Shown in pieces: positions 29,529-38,579 of a stretch of DNA of 64,000 nt (position 1 is its first letter; each line of letters opens with the position of its first letter). Origin of the DNA: an uncultured Verrucomicrobiae bacterium (GTDB lineage Bacteria; Verrucomicrobiota; Verrucomicrobiia; Limisphaerales; Palsa-1400); contig OY969763.1 in assembly GCA_963702845.1 (NCBI GenBank), positions 5,408,001 through 5,472,000 on the forward strand. The letters run 5' to 3'. Below the pieces are notes generated by a model that saw only the letters and a program-made list of their open reading frames with translations, did no database searches and was not told the DNA's origin. The translations under genes and the position numbers were made by a program.

Positions 29529-30998
29529 ATGACCAATCTCAATCCGTCCACCGTCCACGCCAAACGCATTGGCCCCACTCTTGTTCCCGATCGTTCACGG
29601 GTTTTGATGCGGCCTTTTCGTCCCTCCACGGAAGGCATCGCGCGCAGAATCGTGGTGCAAGTGATGGCGTTTTCAGAGGCAGAAGTAGCGCGGGTTCTTG
29701 GGGGTGTCATGGCGGAGTTCGGAGAGCGCCATCACGCGGTCGAGATTTTTTTCCGTAATCGATTTTCGCAGGTGAGCTATCTCATCGCTGGAAGACAAAA
29801 ATTATCAACGAAGCGCCAGTTGCTGATTGGCGCATATTTCACGCACGAATATTCGCCGGAATCGGCTGCGTTATTTAATCCGTCGATTGTGCCGCATCCC
29901 GACCAAAGCGAATTGCCAAATGGGGCAATGCGTTTTGTGATGAGCTTGCGGGCCACGGGCGAAGGGCACATTTCTTCAATTACATTTCGCGTTGGCGTCG
30001 TCAGTGCGCGCTACAAGGTGACGCTGACGGCACCGGTGGAATTCGCGACCGAGCCTGAGCGGGTGCCGAATGTCACTTACGACAAAGCCCTCTTCGGTCG
30101 TAAATTGCAGGAATTGGGAGTGCAGAACAGGTTTTGCCTGGGCGTCATGGAACAACTTCGCGATTCATTCACCATCACTGAACTGCGCCGAGTTCTTTCC
30201 GCATCCTTAAAGCATGCCGGGGAATCTGATGCAGCCGCGGCGCGCGCTGGTCGCGGAATCCTGCTCCTGGCAGAGTCCAATTACGAAGTGCGGTTCGCCA
30301 AAGGCCAGCCGGTTTCGCAGCGCGTGATCTTTCCATCCACTCCGAGCCAGAGTAACGGCATCGAGGACGCGAGGTTTGTCCGCTTCGCCAACGACGATGG
30401 CACTTTCACCTACTACGCCACTTACACCGCGTACGACGGCAAAATAATTTTACCGCAACTGTTGGAGACGCCGGATTTTGTCCATTTCAAATTCATCACG
30501 CTCAACGGTCCGGCCGTACAGAACAAAGGCATGGCGTTGTTCCCACGCAAGATTGATGGCCGTTACGCGATGATCTCGCGTCAGGACGACGAGAACATTC
30601 TCATCATGTTCTCCGACAACATCCACTTTTGGGCCGATCCAACAATTTTGCTTTCGCCGGCGCAACCCTGGGAATTGGTGAAGATGGGGAATTGCGGATC
30701 GCCAATCGAAACGGACGCGGGTTGGCTGGTGCTCAGCCACGGCGTGGGGGCGATGCGCAAATATTGTATCGGCGCATTCCTGCTCGACTTAAAAGATCCC
30801 ACCCGCGTGATAGGCCGCTTGCGCGAACCGCTGCTCTCCCCGAATGAAGCCGAGCGCGAAGGCTACGTGCCGAATGTGGTTTATACCTGCGGAGCCTTGT
30901 TGCACGGCAGGGAATTGATCATCCCCTACGCGATGAGTGATTCCGCGACCAGCTTTGCCAGCGTGCCATTGGACAAGCTGCTGGCCGCGATGGAATGA
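29529..30998 (+). CDS. Glycoside hydrolase family 130-like protein
   Basis: AALFNPSIV, GEGHISSI, NGIEDARFV, YYATYTAYDG, KGMALFPRKI, GYVPNVVYTCG. Confidence 0.9.
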   Translation: MTNLNPSTVHAKRIGPTLVPDRSRVLMRPFRPSTEGIARRIVVQVMAFSEAEVARVLGGVMAEFGERHHAVEIFFRNRFSQVSYLIAGRQKLSTKRQLLIGAYFTHEYSPESAALFNPSIVPHPDQSELPNGAMRFVMSLRATGEGHISSITFRVGVVSARYKVTLTAPVEFATEPERVPNVTYDKALFGRKLQELGVQNRFCLGVMEQLRDSFTITELRRVLSASLKHAGESDAAAARAGRGILLLAESNYEVRFAKGQPVSQRVIFPSTPSQSNGIEDARFVRFANDDGTFTYYATYTAYDGKIILPQLLETPDFVHFKFITLNGPAVQNKGMALFPRKIDGRYAMISRQDDENILIMFSDNIHFWADPTILLSPAQPWELVKMGNCGSPIETDAGWLVLSHGVGAMRKYCIGAFLLDLKDPTRVIGRLREPLLSPNEAEREGYVPNVVYTCGALLHGRELIIPYAMSDSATSFASVPLDKLLAAME

Positions 30999-31038
30999 AG
31001 CCGGCTATACAGCCGGCCGCAGCCATCGCGAAAGCAAA

Positions 31039-31263
31039 CTAATGAATAATGATTTCCGGGGGGCGCACGACGAGCACCGGGCGAGGTGGCGCAATTATGA
31101 CAGGGTGTTCGACGATGACCTCGGAATGGCTTTCATAGTGGGCGTGTCCGTAGGCATGACCGTGTCCGTGTCCTTCTTCAGCGACGAGGCAGCCTGTGGC
31201 GGTGAGGGCGAGGGCGGCGGCGCAACCGGCGACTAACAATGTTTTTTTCATATAACGTTTCAT
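31039..31263 (-). CDS. Small His/Pro-rich lipoprotein
   Basis: MKKTLLVAGCAAALALTATGC lipobox-like; GHGHGHAYGHAH; own promoter box. Confidence 0.75.
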   Translation of the reverse strand: MKRYMKKTLLVAGCAAALALTATGCLVAEEGHGHGHAYGHAHYESHSEVIVEHPVIIAPPRPVLVVRPPEIIIH

Positions 31264-31278
31264 ACTCTTTCTGTAGTA

Positions 31279-31320
31279 ACGTTATAACTTTGTGATACGG
31301 GTCTCAATGGGGTGTAACCC
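31279..31320 (-). promoter_or_regulatory. Island box plus -10
   Basis: Minus strand GGGTTACACCCCAT, 22 bp, TAACGT. Confidence 0.75.
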
Positions 31321-31335
31321 GCACAGACCGGCTCC

Positions 31336-33273
31336 CTACTCGGCTTTCGGAGAGGCTGGTTTCAACTCGCCGAGCGCTTCCAGAATGGTCTTTTGCACAA
31401 TCGGATTGAAAAGATTCCCGAGATGGCCGCCTTCGGTAAAGATCGTCAATTGTTCCGGGGCGAAGGTGGCGTGGAACCAATCGAGGTCCTTTTCCGTCAG
31501 GAGAAAATCGTTGTGATTGACGATGATGCGCACGTTGTGATTGGCGGCGAGTTGGCGCTCGTAGGTGTGCAAGTCCCCGGCTTTTTCCAACGCCTCAGCG
31601 GCAGGCGAGCCAATATCTCTGCTCTGGTAATATGGGCTGGCGAACTTCTCGAAATAATCTTTGTAGGAATATTGGAGAATTTCCTGATAGACCGGTTCAC
31701 GCCGAAAATCTCTGATCGGCTCCTGCAAAATATGCTGATTGTTTCGGCGCTGGCTGCTGTAGATCACGTCGCGCAGGATGAGTCGAAAGGTGAGGCCGAT
31801 GAGAAACTTTGATTCAATTTCGTTAAAGGGCAGAGAGATTTGCGGGGTGAGCGTGCTCTTGCTCAACGCGGCCACTTTCAGAAATGTATTCTCAATATTG
31901 GCAGTTCGATCGGCTGCAGGCCACTTCAAGGGCGCTCGGTAAAATTCGTCGAGCTTTCCGATGCCTTGCAACATTCGCACCGGCGTGTTGATGGCAACGT
32001 AGCGGTCGAAGTGGACTAGTTTATTCGTCGGTTCGGTGGCAGCGACAAATAAGGAATGGAGCGCGCCCATGGAGTAGCCCATCAATGCTTTTTCACCTAA
32101 GCGGTTTGGATACTGTTTACGCAATCGGCCATCAATCACAGTTAACGCAACGTGCAAATCGTGACCATCCACCGGCAGATACCCGGGCAGCGCAGCGGTG
32201 GAAGCGTGTTCCATGAATTCGGAATTGAAAGCGCTGCTGACGCATACAACGGAAAAGCCATTGCTGTGAACCAATTCGGCCAAAGCGAGTGATGTCTGCG
32301 CCATGCGATGAGAGCCTATTCCTGGAACGATATAAACGACGGGCGCCTGCTTCGGTTGCAGCCAATAAGTGAAGTCCAATTTACGACCGGTCGTTGGAAT
32401 TACGACTGAGCGCGTCTTGCCGATATGGGGAAAGTTCGGGTCTTTGTAGGTGAAGAAAACGGACTCGAGTGTTTCGAGCGATGCTTCGTCTTGTTTTCCT
32501 TTTACCTGAAAATCTGCCACGCGATTTTTTCTGGCGAATGTCCACGCATATTGAATTTCCGAGTAAGGATCCATCTCCGCGCGACTGAAGCGCACGAATT
32601 CGCCAACGCTGTCACTCAGATCGTTATACATGACCGCGTAGGTGAAATAACTATAGACACCAAAATAGGTGAGCGGGTTGTTTATATCGAAGCTGTAGGG
32701 CGTGACATAAACCAACGGATTGGACGCAGTATCGGCGGCCCAGCCCACGGCGTCGCGCTCGTTACTCGGTCCGAGAAACGGCAGCATCAAATAACACTTG
32801 GGATCCCAGCCCCATTGCCCGAAGGTCTGGCCAAAGTCCGCTTCTGATTTTGGAATTTTGCGTTTGCTGGCGACATCGATAAAACCCGCGACGCCGAATG
32901 TGGTGTTAAAAAGAAACCGCCGCGACTCATCACCCGCACCCGCCCATTTGCCCTGGAGCAGGTTATTGATCAAGCGTCCTGGGTAAGTGAGATTTTTGCC
33001 AAAATTTCCAATGCCGGTCCGGACCGGCTTGACCACGATGAATCGATAGACCCGGCTCGTCGGTCTGATGAGATCGGTCATGAAGGCTTTGTTGAAACCC
33101 CACATCAATCGATTGAATGGTTCAATCGGGTCAGGAACCGATTTGGGAAGGACAACTTTTTCCGTGATCGAGTTCGTCGCCGGGTGCGGCGACTCTTGTG
33201 CAGATGCGATGGATGCGACGCTCAATGAGAGAAGCATCAGTGCGACATTTAAAATCTTCAGAATTGGTTGCAT
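31336..33273 (-). CDS. MlaA/VacJ-family domain fused to an alpha/beta-hydrolase
   Basis: DPIEPFNR..FN, RFLFNTTFGVAG, DFGQTFGQWG, YLMLPFLGPSNERD; C-terminal GYSMG nucleophile elbow and GGHLGN. Confidence 0.85.
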   Translation of the reverse strand: MQPILKILNVALMLLSLSVASIASAQESPHPATNSITEKVVLPKSVPDPIEPFNRLMWGFNKAFMTDLIRPTSRVYRFIVVKPVRTGIGNFGKNLTYPGRLINNLLQGKWAGAGDESRRFLFNTTFGVAGFIDVASKRKIPKSEADFGQTFGQWGWDPKCYLMLPFLGPSNERDAVGWAADTASNPLVYVTPYSFDINNPLTYFGVYSYFTYAVMYNDLSDSVGEFVRFSRAEMDPYSEIQYAWTFARKNRVADFQVKGKQDEASLETLESVFFTYKDPNFPHIGKTRSVVIPTTGRKLDFTYWLQPKQAPVVYIVPGIGSHRMAQTSLALAELVHSNGFSVVCVSSAFNSEFMEHASTAALPGYLPVDGHDLHVALTVIDGRLRKQYPNRLGEKALMGYSMGALHSLFVAATEPTNKLVHFDRYVAINTPVRMLQGIGKLDEFYRAPLKWPAADRTANIENTFLKVAALSKSTLTPQISLPFNEIESKFLIGLTFRLILRDVIYSSQRRNNQHILQEPIRDFRREPVYQEILQYSYKDYFEKFASPYYQSRDIGSPAAEALEKAGDLHTYERQLAANHNVRIIVNHNDFLLTEKDLDWFHATFAPEQLTIFTEGGHLGNLFNPIVQKTILEALGELKPASPKAE

Positions 33274-34266
33274 TTAGGTGGTCAGTTTTTCCAACATTAC
33301 GCTGGGAGACGCGATGTGATCCCTGGTTAAAGGTTGTTTTAAGTATTCCGAAATACCGACACGGCTCACTTCACAGCCGGCCGCGGCGATGGAAGACAAC
33401 ACGCGGTCCTCGTCCATGATGACGCGGTCGCGCTTGTAAATCGGATAATTGGCGCGCGCCGCCTCTGGCGTCAGGTTAATCGTCGCCAGGTTCGCGCCAG
33501 CGTTGAAAGCGCGGACATAACCATCCTCGGCCACCAGGCTCATGGCACTGACGGCGGGGATGATCCATTGCGGTGCAGCTAACCGCATCTCCGCGACGCA
33601 ATCGAGAGTTCTTTCGATATCGCCGCAGGGCGCCCCGGCAAAAGGCGTATCCACACCGGCGACAAAAGGACTGACGCTGCAACCGGCCAGCGGCAGTTGT
33701 GAGAGTAATTCCAAAGTTTGATCAATGTGCGACGGTCTTTGGCCAGGAAGGCCGACGATAAAACCCGAAGACACTTTCCAGCCCGAGTCGGCGAGATAGC
33801 GAATGGCGGCAAGGCGTTTGGCCAAAGTACCGGGAGCGCCAATGTATTGAAAATGAGCGGCATCACCGGTTTCGATTTTTATGACGTAAAAATCGCCGCC
33901 CGCATCGCGGAGTTCGTCGTATTCAAACGGAGATAGCGTGCCGAGACAAAGCGTGATGCCGAGATTGGTGCGCTTGCGCAGCTCGCGAACGAGCGGGAGC
34001 ACTACTTCGCGCACGGCTACGGGATCTTCGCCGGCCTGGATGTCGATGTCGGTGATGGCAGCGGGACGATGATGGATGATCAATTCGGCCAGTTCATCGG
34101 CTTTGAGCCGGTAGCGATCAAGCGACCGATTGTCGCGGCGCATCGCGCAATACTGACAATTTTGGCGGCAGAAGCTGGAGACTTCGACTACTCCGCGCAC
34201 AAAGACGCGGCGTCCGAACACCTCGTCGCGCGCCTCCCGTGCCTGTTCATGCAAAATGGGTCTCAC
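33274..34266 (-). CDS. Radical SAM protein (BioB/HydE/PylB-like)
   Basis: VFVRGVVEVSSFCRQNCQYCAMRRDN CxxxCxxC, QAGED, IETGD, SGFIVGLPGQ, AGAN; start uncertain. Confidence 0.88.
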   Translation of the reverse strand: MRPILHEQAREARDEVFGRRVFVRGVVEVSSFCRQNCQYCAMRRDNRSLDRYRLKADELAELIIHHRPAAITDIDIQAGEDPVAVREVVLPLVRELRKRTNLGITLCLGTLSPFEYDELRDAGGDFYVIKIETGDAAHFQYIGAPGTLAKRLAAIRYLADSGWKVSSGFIVGLPGQRPSHIDQTLELLSQLPLAGCSVSPFVAGVDTPFAGAPCGDIERTLDCVAEMRLAAPQWIIPAVSAMSLVAEDGYVRAFNAGANLATINLTPEAARANYPIYKRDRVIMDEDRVLSSIAAAGCEVSRVGISEYLKQPLTRDHIASPSVMLEKLTT

Positions 34267-34834
34267 TTGGGCCTGCGCATCGAAACCGAGAACGGCTGTA
34301 GTTGAAAGTGGATGAGATGTGCGTTCACGGCCAGGCAGACGAATCCTGCGGCCTTTCTTTTTCCCTTGGCATCATAAACGGCGGTCACAAAGTCGCCGAA
34401 TGTTACCCGGTTTTTATGCTTCGATGCAATCACGTGTCAAGAGTAGGTCAGCGAGTGCCGGATACTCCATAAGGTGTTTCCCCCATCAGCGAAGATCGGG
34501 CCGCGCAGCCGGCGCTGGACCTTCCCGATGAACAAGGGTTTTTCCGCATTGGCGCAAGGAACCTCCCAGTTGTGAGGCGCCTCGCCGCGGTGAACTGTGA
34601 GTCATGAGAAAATTTCGTTCAGCTCCTGCAATGGCATCCGACGCGGCCAAAGTTTGCAGTGCCGAAACCCAACGAAAGTTAACTCAGTTGCAGATCCACT
34701 TCCGCAAACAAACGCGTTTCGAAGTCTTACGGATCATTGCTCTGAACGAACCGGTTAGTCTGTTCAAACACCGGATTGACTGAATCTGGCGGGTGGTGAT
34801 GGGATGAGTGCTTGACCTGTTAGACGCCCGAAGG

Positions 34835-35413
34835 TCAGGTTGCTTTTCCCTCGCCGCCCGTCACTTCTATTACGCCTGCGCCGATGGCAAACCGCACCAA
34901 CCCGGCAACATCATGGAGGTTGAGAGCGTCCATCAGTTTCATCCGATGATACTCGACAGTCTTGGGGCTCAAATCGAGAGCGGCGGCGATGGTTTTAGTG
35001 TTTTGGCCTTGAGCGATGAGACAAAGAATCTCGCGTTGACGCGCGGTCAACCGTTCCAACCCTTTGTGGCCATGGCAGCCTTTGCCCGGCGAAACTTTCG
35101 CAACGCTCGCCTTTTCCTCGTCACAATGTTCCATCGCCCGCTCTAACGCCGTTTCGGCCGCTTCAGTTCGAGTCTCGGCTTGTTCGGCGCGCGTTTCGGC
35201 CATCTCGGTCCGGGTTTGTGCTTGTTCAGTGCGAGTTTCGGCCTGTTCGGTCCTGGTCTCGGCCATTTCGGTGCGGGTTTCGGCGTGTTCCGTGCGAGCC
35301 TCGGCCTCGGCCGTGCGCAATTCCGCACGTTCCACCCGATCGGTATTTCCGGTGACGGGGATGTGTTGGGTCTTCTTCTGTTCGACTAAGGGAGTTTGCG
35401 CGGTTTTTGCCAT
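34835..35413 (-). CDS. LuxR C-terminal HTH regulator with an N-terminal heptad-repeat coiled coil
   Basis: LTARQREILCLIAQGQNTKTIAAALDLSPKTVEYHRMKLM; ~9 AETRTE(Q/M) heptads; no receiver domain. Confidence 0.88.
   Translation of the reverse strand: MAKTAQTPLVEQKKTQHIPVTGNTDRVERAELRTAEAEARTEHAETRTEMAETRTEQAETRTEQAQTRTEMAETRAEQAETRTEAAETALERAMEHCDEEKASVAKVSPGKGCHGHKGLERLTARQREILCLIAQGQNTKTIAAALDLSPKTVEYHRMKLMDALNLHDVAGLVRFAIGAGVIEVTGGEGKAT
35139..35326. repeat. 21-bp coding tandem repeat (AETRTEQ heptads)
   Basis: About 9 imperfect in-frame 21-bp units. Confidence 0.85.
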
Positions 35414-35423
35414 GACAACAGGC

Positions 35424-35469
35424 ACAATGAGCGAGGTAAACTGATTGGTCTATCAGGTGAACACCCTAC
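35424..35469 (-). promoter_or_regulatory. Degenerate island box upstream of the LuxR gene
   Basis: Minus strand AGGGTGTTCACCTGAT, 22 bp, CATTGT. Confidence 0.5.
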
Positions 35470-35499
35470 GGCGGTGCGTGGTCAGGAATAGTTTACGAT

Positions 35500-36018
35500 T
35501 TACGCATTATTGACGGCGCCGGCAAAACGTTCCCCCAACTTGCCGCGGCTAATGGTGGGCAGATGTTTCCCGGTCGAATCGACCTGCGGGATCTCGCAAG
35601 TCATCCAATAGTCGTAAAGTAACTTAAGTTGCGTGCGCATCATTTCAGGACTGCTGGGTTTGATATGATAGGAGCTCGCCCCCAACGCGTAGGCCTGTTT
35701 GATGTCGTCCAGATCGGACGACGCCGAGAAAATAACCGTGGGAATAATCGCCCATTGCGGGTTCTCCTTGAGATGATGTAACACGGCAAATCCATCCAAC
35801 TTCGGCATTTTCAAATCCATCAGAATGAACGTCGGGTATTGATAGGTCTCGCGGTCGGCAAACTGGCCTTCCCCCTGCAAATAGGCGAGGGCCTCTTCGC
35901 CGTTTCCGACAGCCTGGATCGGATCGGTCACTCCGATCTTGCCAAAGGCCGCCTTGATGAGGAACTGGTCGTTGGGGTCGTCTTCGACCAAGAGAATTGT
36001 GAAGTTAACGGTTTTCAT
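35500..36018 (-). CDS. Single-domain response regulator (Rcp1/CheY-like)
   Basis: ILLVEDDPND, ILMDLKMPKLDGF, IFSAS, YHIKP. Confidence 0.92.
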   Translation of the reverse strand: MKTVNFTILLVEDDPNDQFLIKAAFGKIGVTDPIQAVGNGEEALAYLQGEGQFADRETYQYPTFILMDLKMPKLDGFAVLHHLKENPQWAIIPTVIFSASSDLDDIKQAYALGASSYHIKPSSPEMMRTQLKLLYDYWMTCEIPQVDSTGKHLPTISRGKLGERFAGAVNNA

Positions 36019-36231
36019 GGAAGGTTCTCCCCGAATGAATTTTCGGCTATCTCGGGAGTTTGGCAATGGGGCCTTTATACTACTCTTTCCGGGACGAAAG
36101 CGGCACCCCTTGGGCTTCCACTTCGCGACGATCTGAGATTCCATTAAAAAGTTTGTGGCGACTGCGACTATTACCACCGGGGCCGGCGAGGCACGTGGAA
36201 ACTGAGGATGAGTTGTAAAAAACAACGATAG

Positions 36232-36330
36232 GAAAGCAGACCATCCTGCCATTCTACTCGTAGAAGACGGTCCCAACGACCAACTCCTGATCAAGCGCAC
36301 GTTCAAGACCCTTGGCATCGTCACTCCCAA
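36232..36330 (+). pseudogene. N-terminal remnant of a paralogous response regulator
   Basis: HPAILLVEDGPNDQLLIKRTFKTLGI resembles the starts of 35500-36018 and 63552; truncated. Confidence 0.6.
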
Positions 36331-36597
36331 GCGCAATCAGCGGCGTTAATGTCTACCCAAGATCCTGTTGGCGCCAACTCTCTCGAGCTGGCGCCAACTT
36401 GGGATTTCCGCGCACCAGCGCGGTTTGCCCGTTGACGGGCGTTGTCGGACATCCGCCAACGGAGAAAGCAGTTAGACCAACGACTCGCGCGAGCTTGCAG
36501 ATTGTCTCGCAAAGGCCGCCAAGAAGAGGATCGGATTCTTTGCCTTCGCGATCTTTGCGGACTTCGCGAGACATTTTTCCGACGTTGCCAAGCGGGC

Positions 36598-38559
36598 TCA
36601 AGTAATCGCCACCCTCTGCGCTGCATGATTGTTCGGTTCGCCTGCTTTGCGCAGTTCGAACCAAAAGCTCGATCCGTCCCCCGCCTTTGGTTCCACGCCT
36701 ACTCGGCCGCCCATCCGCTCGATTGCTCTTTCGACGATGGCCAGCCCAATGCCGGTTCCGGGGAACTCGCCGCCGTTCAAGCGTGTGAAAATTTTAAAGA
36801 TTTGGGGATGATATTCCAAAGAGATGCCCAAACCGTCGTCTTCCACCCACACACGCACGAATTCGCCTGCATCGGTGGTGCGCAATCGGATCGTTGGCGT
36901 CATCCCGGGACTGACAAATTTGAGCGCATTGGAAATCAAGTTCACGAAGACCTGGCCGATCGTTGCGTCATGCCCCTGCACCTCGCACCAAGGCCCGATG
37001 GAATCTACCACCGCTCGTTTGTCACGAATTTCGTCATGGAAAAACGAAAGCACCGAAGCGACCACCGCTTCCAGATTGACTGGATCGAGCTTCATTTCCT
37101 GTTGCGCGATGCGGCTGAAGGCCAGCAAATCTCGAAGCAGCCGGTCCATCTGCCCGGCAGATTTATTGATGCGCACGGCATAATCTTTTGCTTCGGGGTT
37201 GAGTGTGTCCTTTGCCTCTTGCAAGAGCATTTCGGAAAAGCCTTGCATGGCGCGCAGCGGCGCACGCAAGTCGTGGGCGATGGAATAGACAAACGCCTCC
37301 AAGTCTTTGTTGGAGGCCGTCAGTTGGGCGGTGCGCTCGGTGACCGCTTGTTCAAGATGCACGGCGCGATCGGCCAATTGCGATTGGGCCTGGCGCAAGG
37401 AGGCATCGGTGGCAACGCGTGCGGAAATATCGCTAAAAAGAACAGCCACTTTGCGATTTTCGTGGTCTGCGACCCGAAAGGCATAAACATCGAACCACCG
37501 ATTCATCGTTTTGGCCTCATCAATGAAACGAACCGGCTCACCGGTCAGGGCTACTTTCCCGTAAATTTCAAACCAATGCGCCTCGAGATCCGGAACCATT
37601 TCGCGCATGCGTTTGCCGGTCGCCTCTAGCAGGCCGGATTGCTTTTCGAACGATGGGTTCGATTCCAAAAAACGGTAATCGACGGGATAGCATTTCTCAT
37701 CAAACAGCACCTCGATCACGCAGAAGCCTTCATCGATCGAATTGAAGAGACTGCGATAACCTTCCTTGCTCCGGAAGAGTTCGCGATTGAGGGTCTCCAT
37801 GTCCTGCCGGGCACGCACGGCATCCTCCATCAAGTTGAGCGAGGCGCTGCGCGCATTTTTTGCTTCTAGATTCGCAATTTGAAGATCGGCCATGCTTCGC
37901 GCCAGTTGGCTGTGGTTGTGGCGCATCGTTTCGCCTTGCTGCGCGAAAGCTTCCATGAACGTCACAGCCTGATATGCCGAAGAGGCGAAGCGTCCCAAGC
38001 CGGTGAGCAAGCGCAGATCTTCCGCGTCGAACTTGCGCTCTTCATCATGCGCCACCGCCCAAATCGTGCCGACGGCCTTTCCTTCCACGTAAAACGGAAC
38101 CAATAGACACGTTGCCCCCGGCGGCATGACCGCTGCGAAATATCCGTATCGGCGTTCCGGATGACGCATCAGCAGCGGCCCATTGCAATCCAACACGTCT
38201 CCACAAGGGCCAAAATCCCGGAAAGTGCCGTTGCCGATATTTGGTTTCCATGCGCCGGCGATGGCCGGCCAATAAAATCTTTTTTCGTCTTTGGTTAACA
38301 AACTGATTCCGGCCGAACCGGCATCCAGCGCGACACGTATCGTATCGGCCAATGTTTGGAGAACTGACTGCGGCGAGTCAGCTAACGCCTGCGATAACAA
38401 AATCAGCGCACGGTTTTCCGTTTGATAATCCGGTGCGCGCAAAGGCCGCTGGTTTAATTCTTCCGTGCAAAGGACCTCTTTCAGCGGCGCGAGGGCGACA
38501 TGGGAAATATCCAGAGTGCTTTCGCTGGTCACTTCGGGGGTTGGCTTGTAGGCACTCAT
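36598..38559 (-). CDS. GAF/PAS sensor histidine kinase
   Basis: GAF, PAS (FNSIDEGFCVIE), H-box FVYSIAHDLRAPL, NLISNALKF, DDGLGI, GTGIGLAIV. Confidence 0.93.
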   Translation of the reverse strand: MSAYKPTPEVTSESTLDISHVALAPLKEVLCTEELNQRPLRAPDYQTENRALILLSQALADSPQSVLQTLADTIRVALDAGSAGISLLTKDEKRFYWPAIAGAWKPNIGNGTFRDFGPCGDVLDCNGPLLMRHPERRYGYFAAVMPPGATCLLVPFYVEGKAVGTIWAVAHDEERKFDAEDLRLLTGLGRFASSAYQAVTFMEAFAQQGETMRHNHSQLARSMADLQIANLEAKNARSASLNLMEDAVRARQDMETLNRELFRSKEGYRSLFNSIDEGFCVIEVLFDEKCYPVDYRFLESNPSFEKQSGLLEATGKRMREMVPDLEAHWFEIYGKVALTGEPVRFIDEAKTMNRWFDVYAFRVADHENRKVAVLFSDISARVATDASLRQAQSQLADRAVHLEQAVTERTAQLTASNKDLEAFVYSIAHDLRAPLRAMQGFSEMLLQEAKDTLNPEAKDYAVRINKSAGQMDRLLRDLLAFSRIAQQEMKLDPVNLEAVVASVLSFFHDEIRDKRAVVDSIGPWCEVQGHDATIGQVFVNLISNALKFVSPGMTPTIRLRTTDAGEFVRVWVEDDGLGISLEYHPQIFKIFTRLNGGEFPGTGIGLAIVERAIERMGGRVGVEPKAGDGSSFWFELRKAGEPNNHAAQRVAIT

Positions 38560-38579
38560 TTCGTTTTCCTTTCTTCTCC

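Noticed and set aside
33274..34266. Pyrrolysine (PylB) or [FeFe]-hydrogenase maturation system
   Set aside because: No pylCDST or hydAFG genes in the window; only family-level similarity
34604..34783. 59-aa ORF downstream of weak box copies
   Set aside because: No recognisable motif and no correctly spaced -10 element
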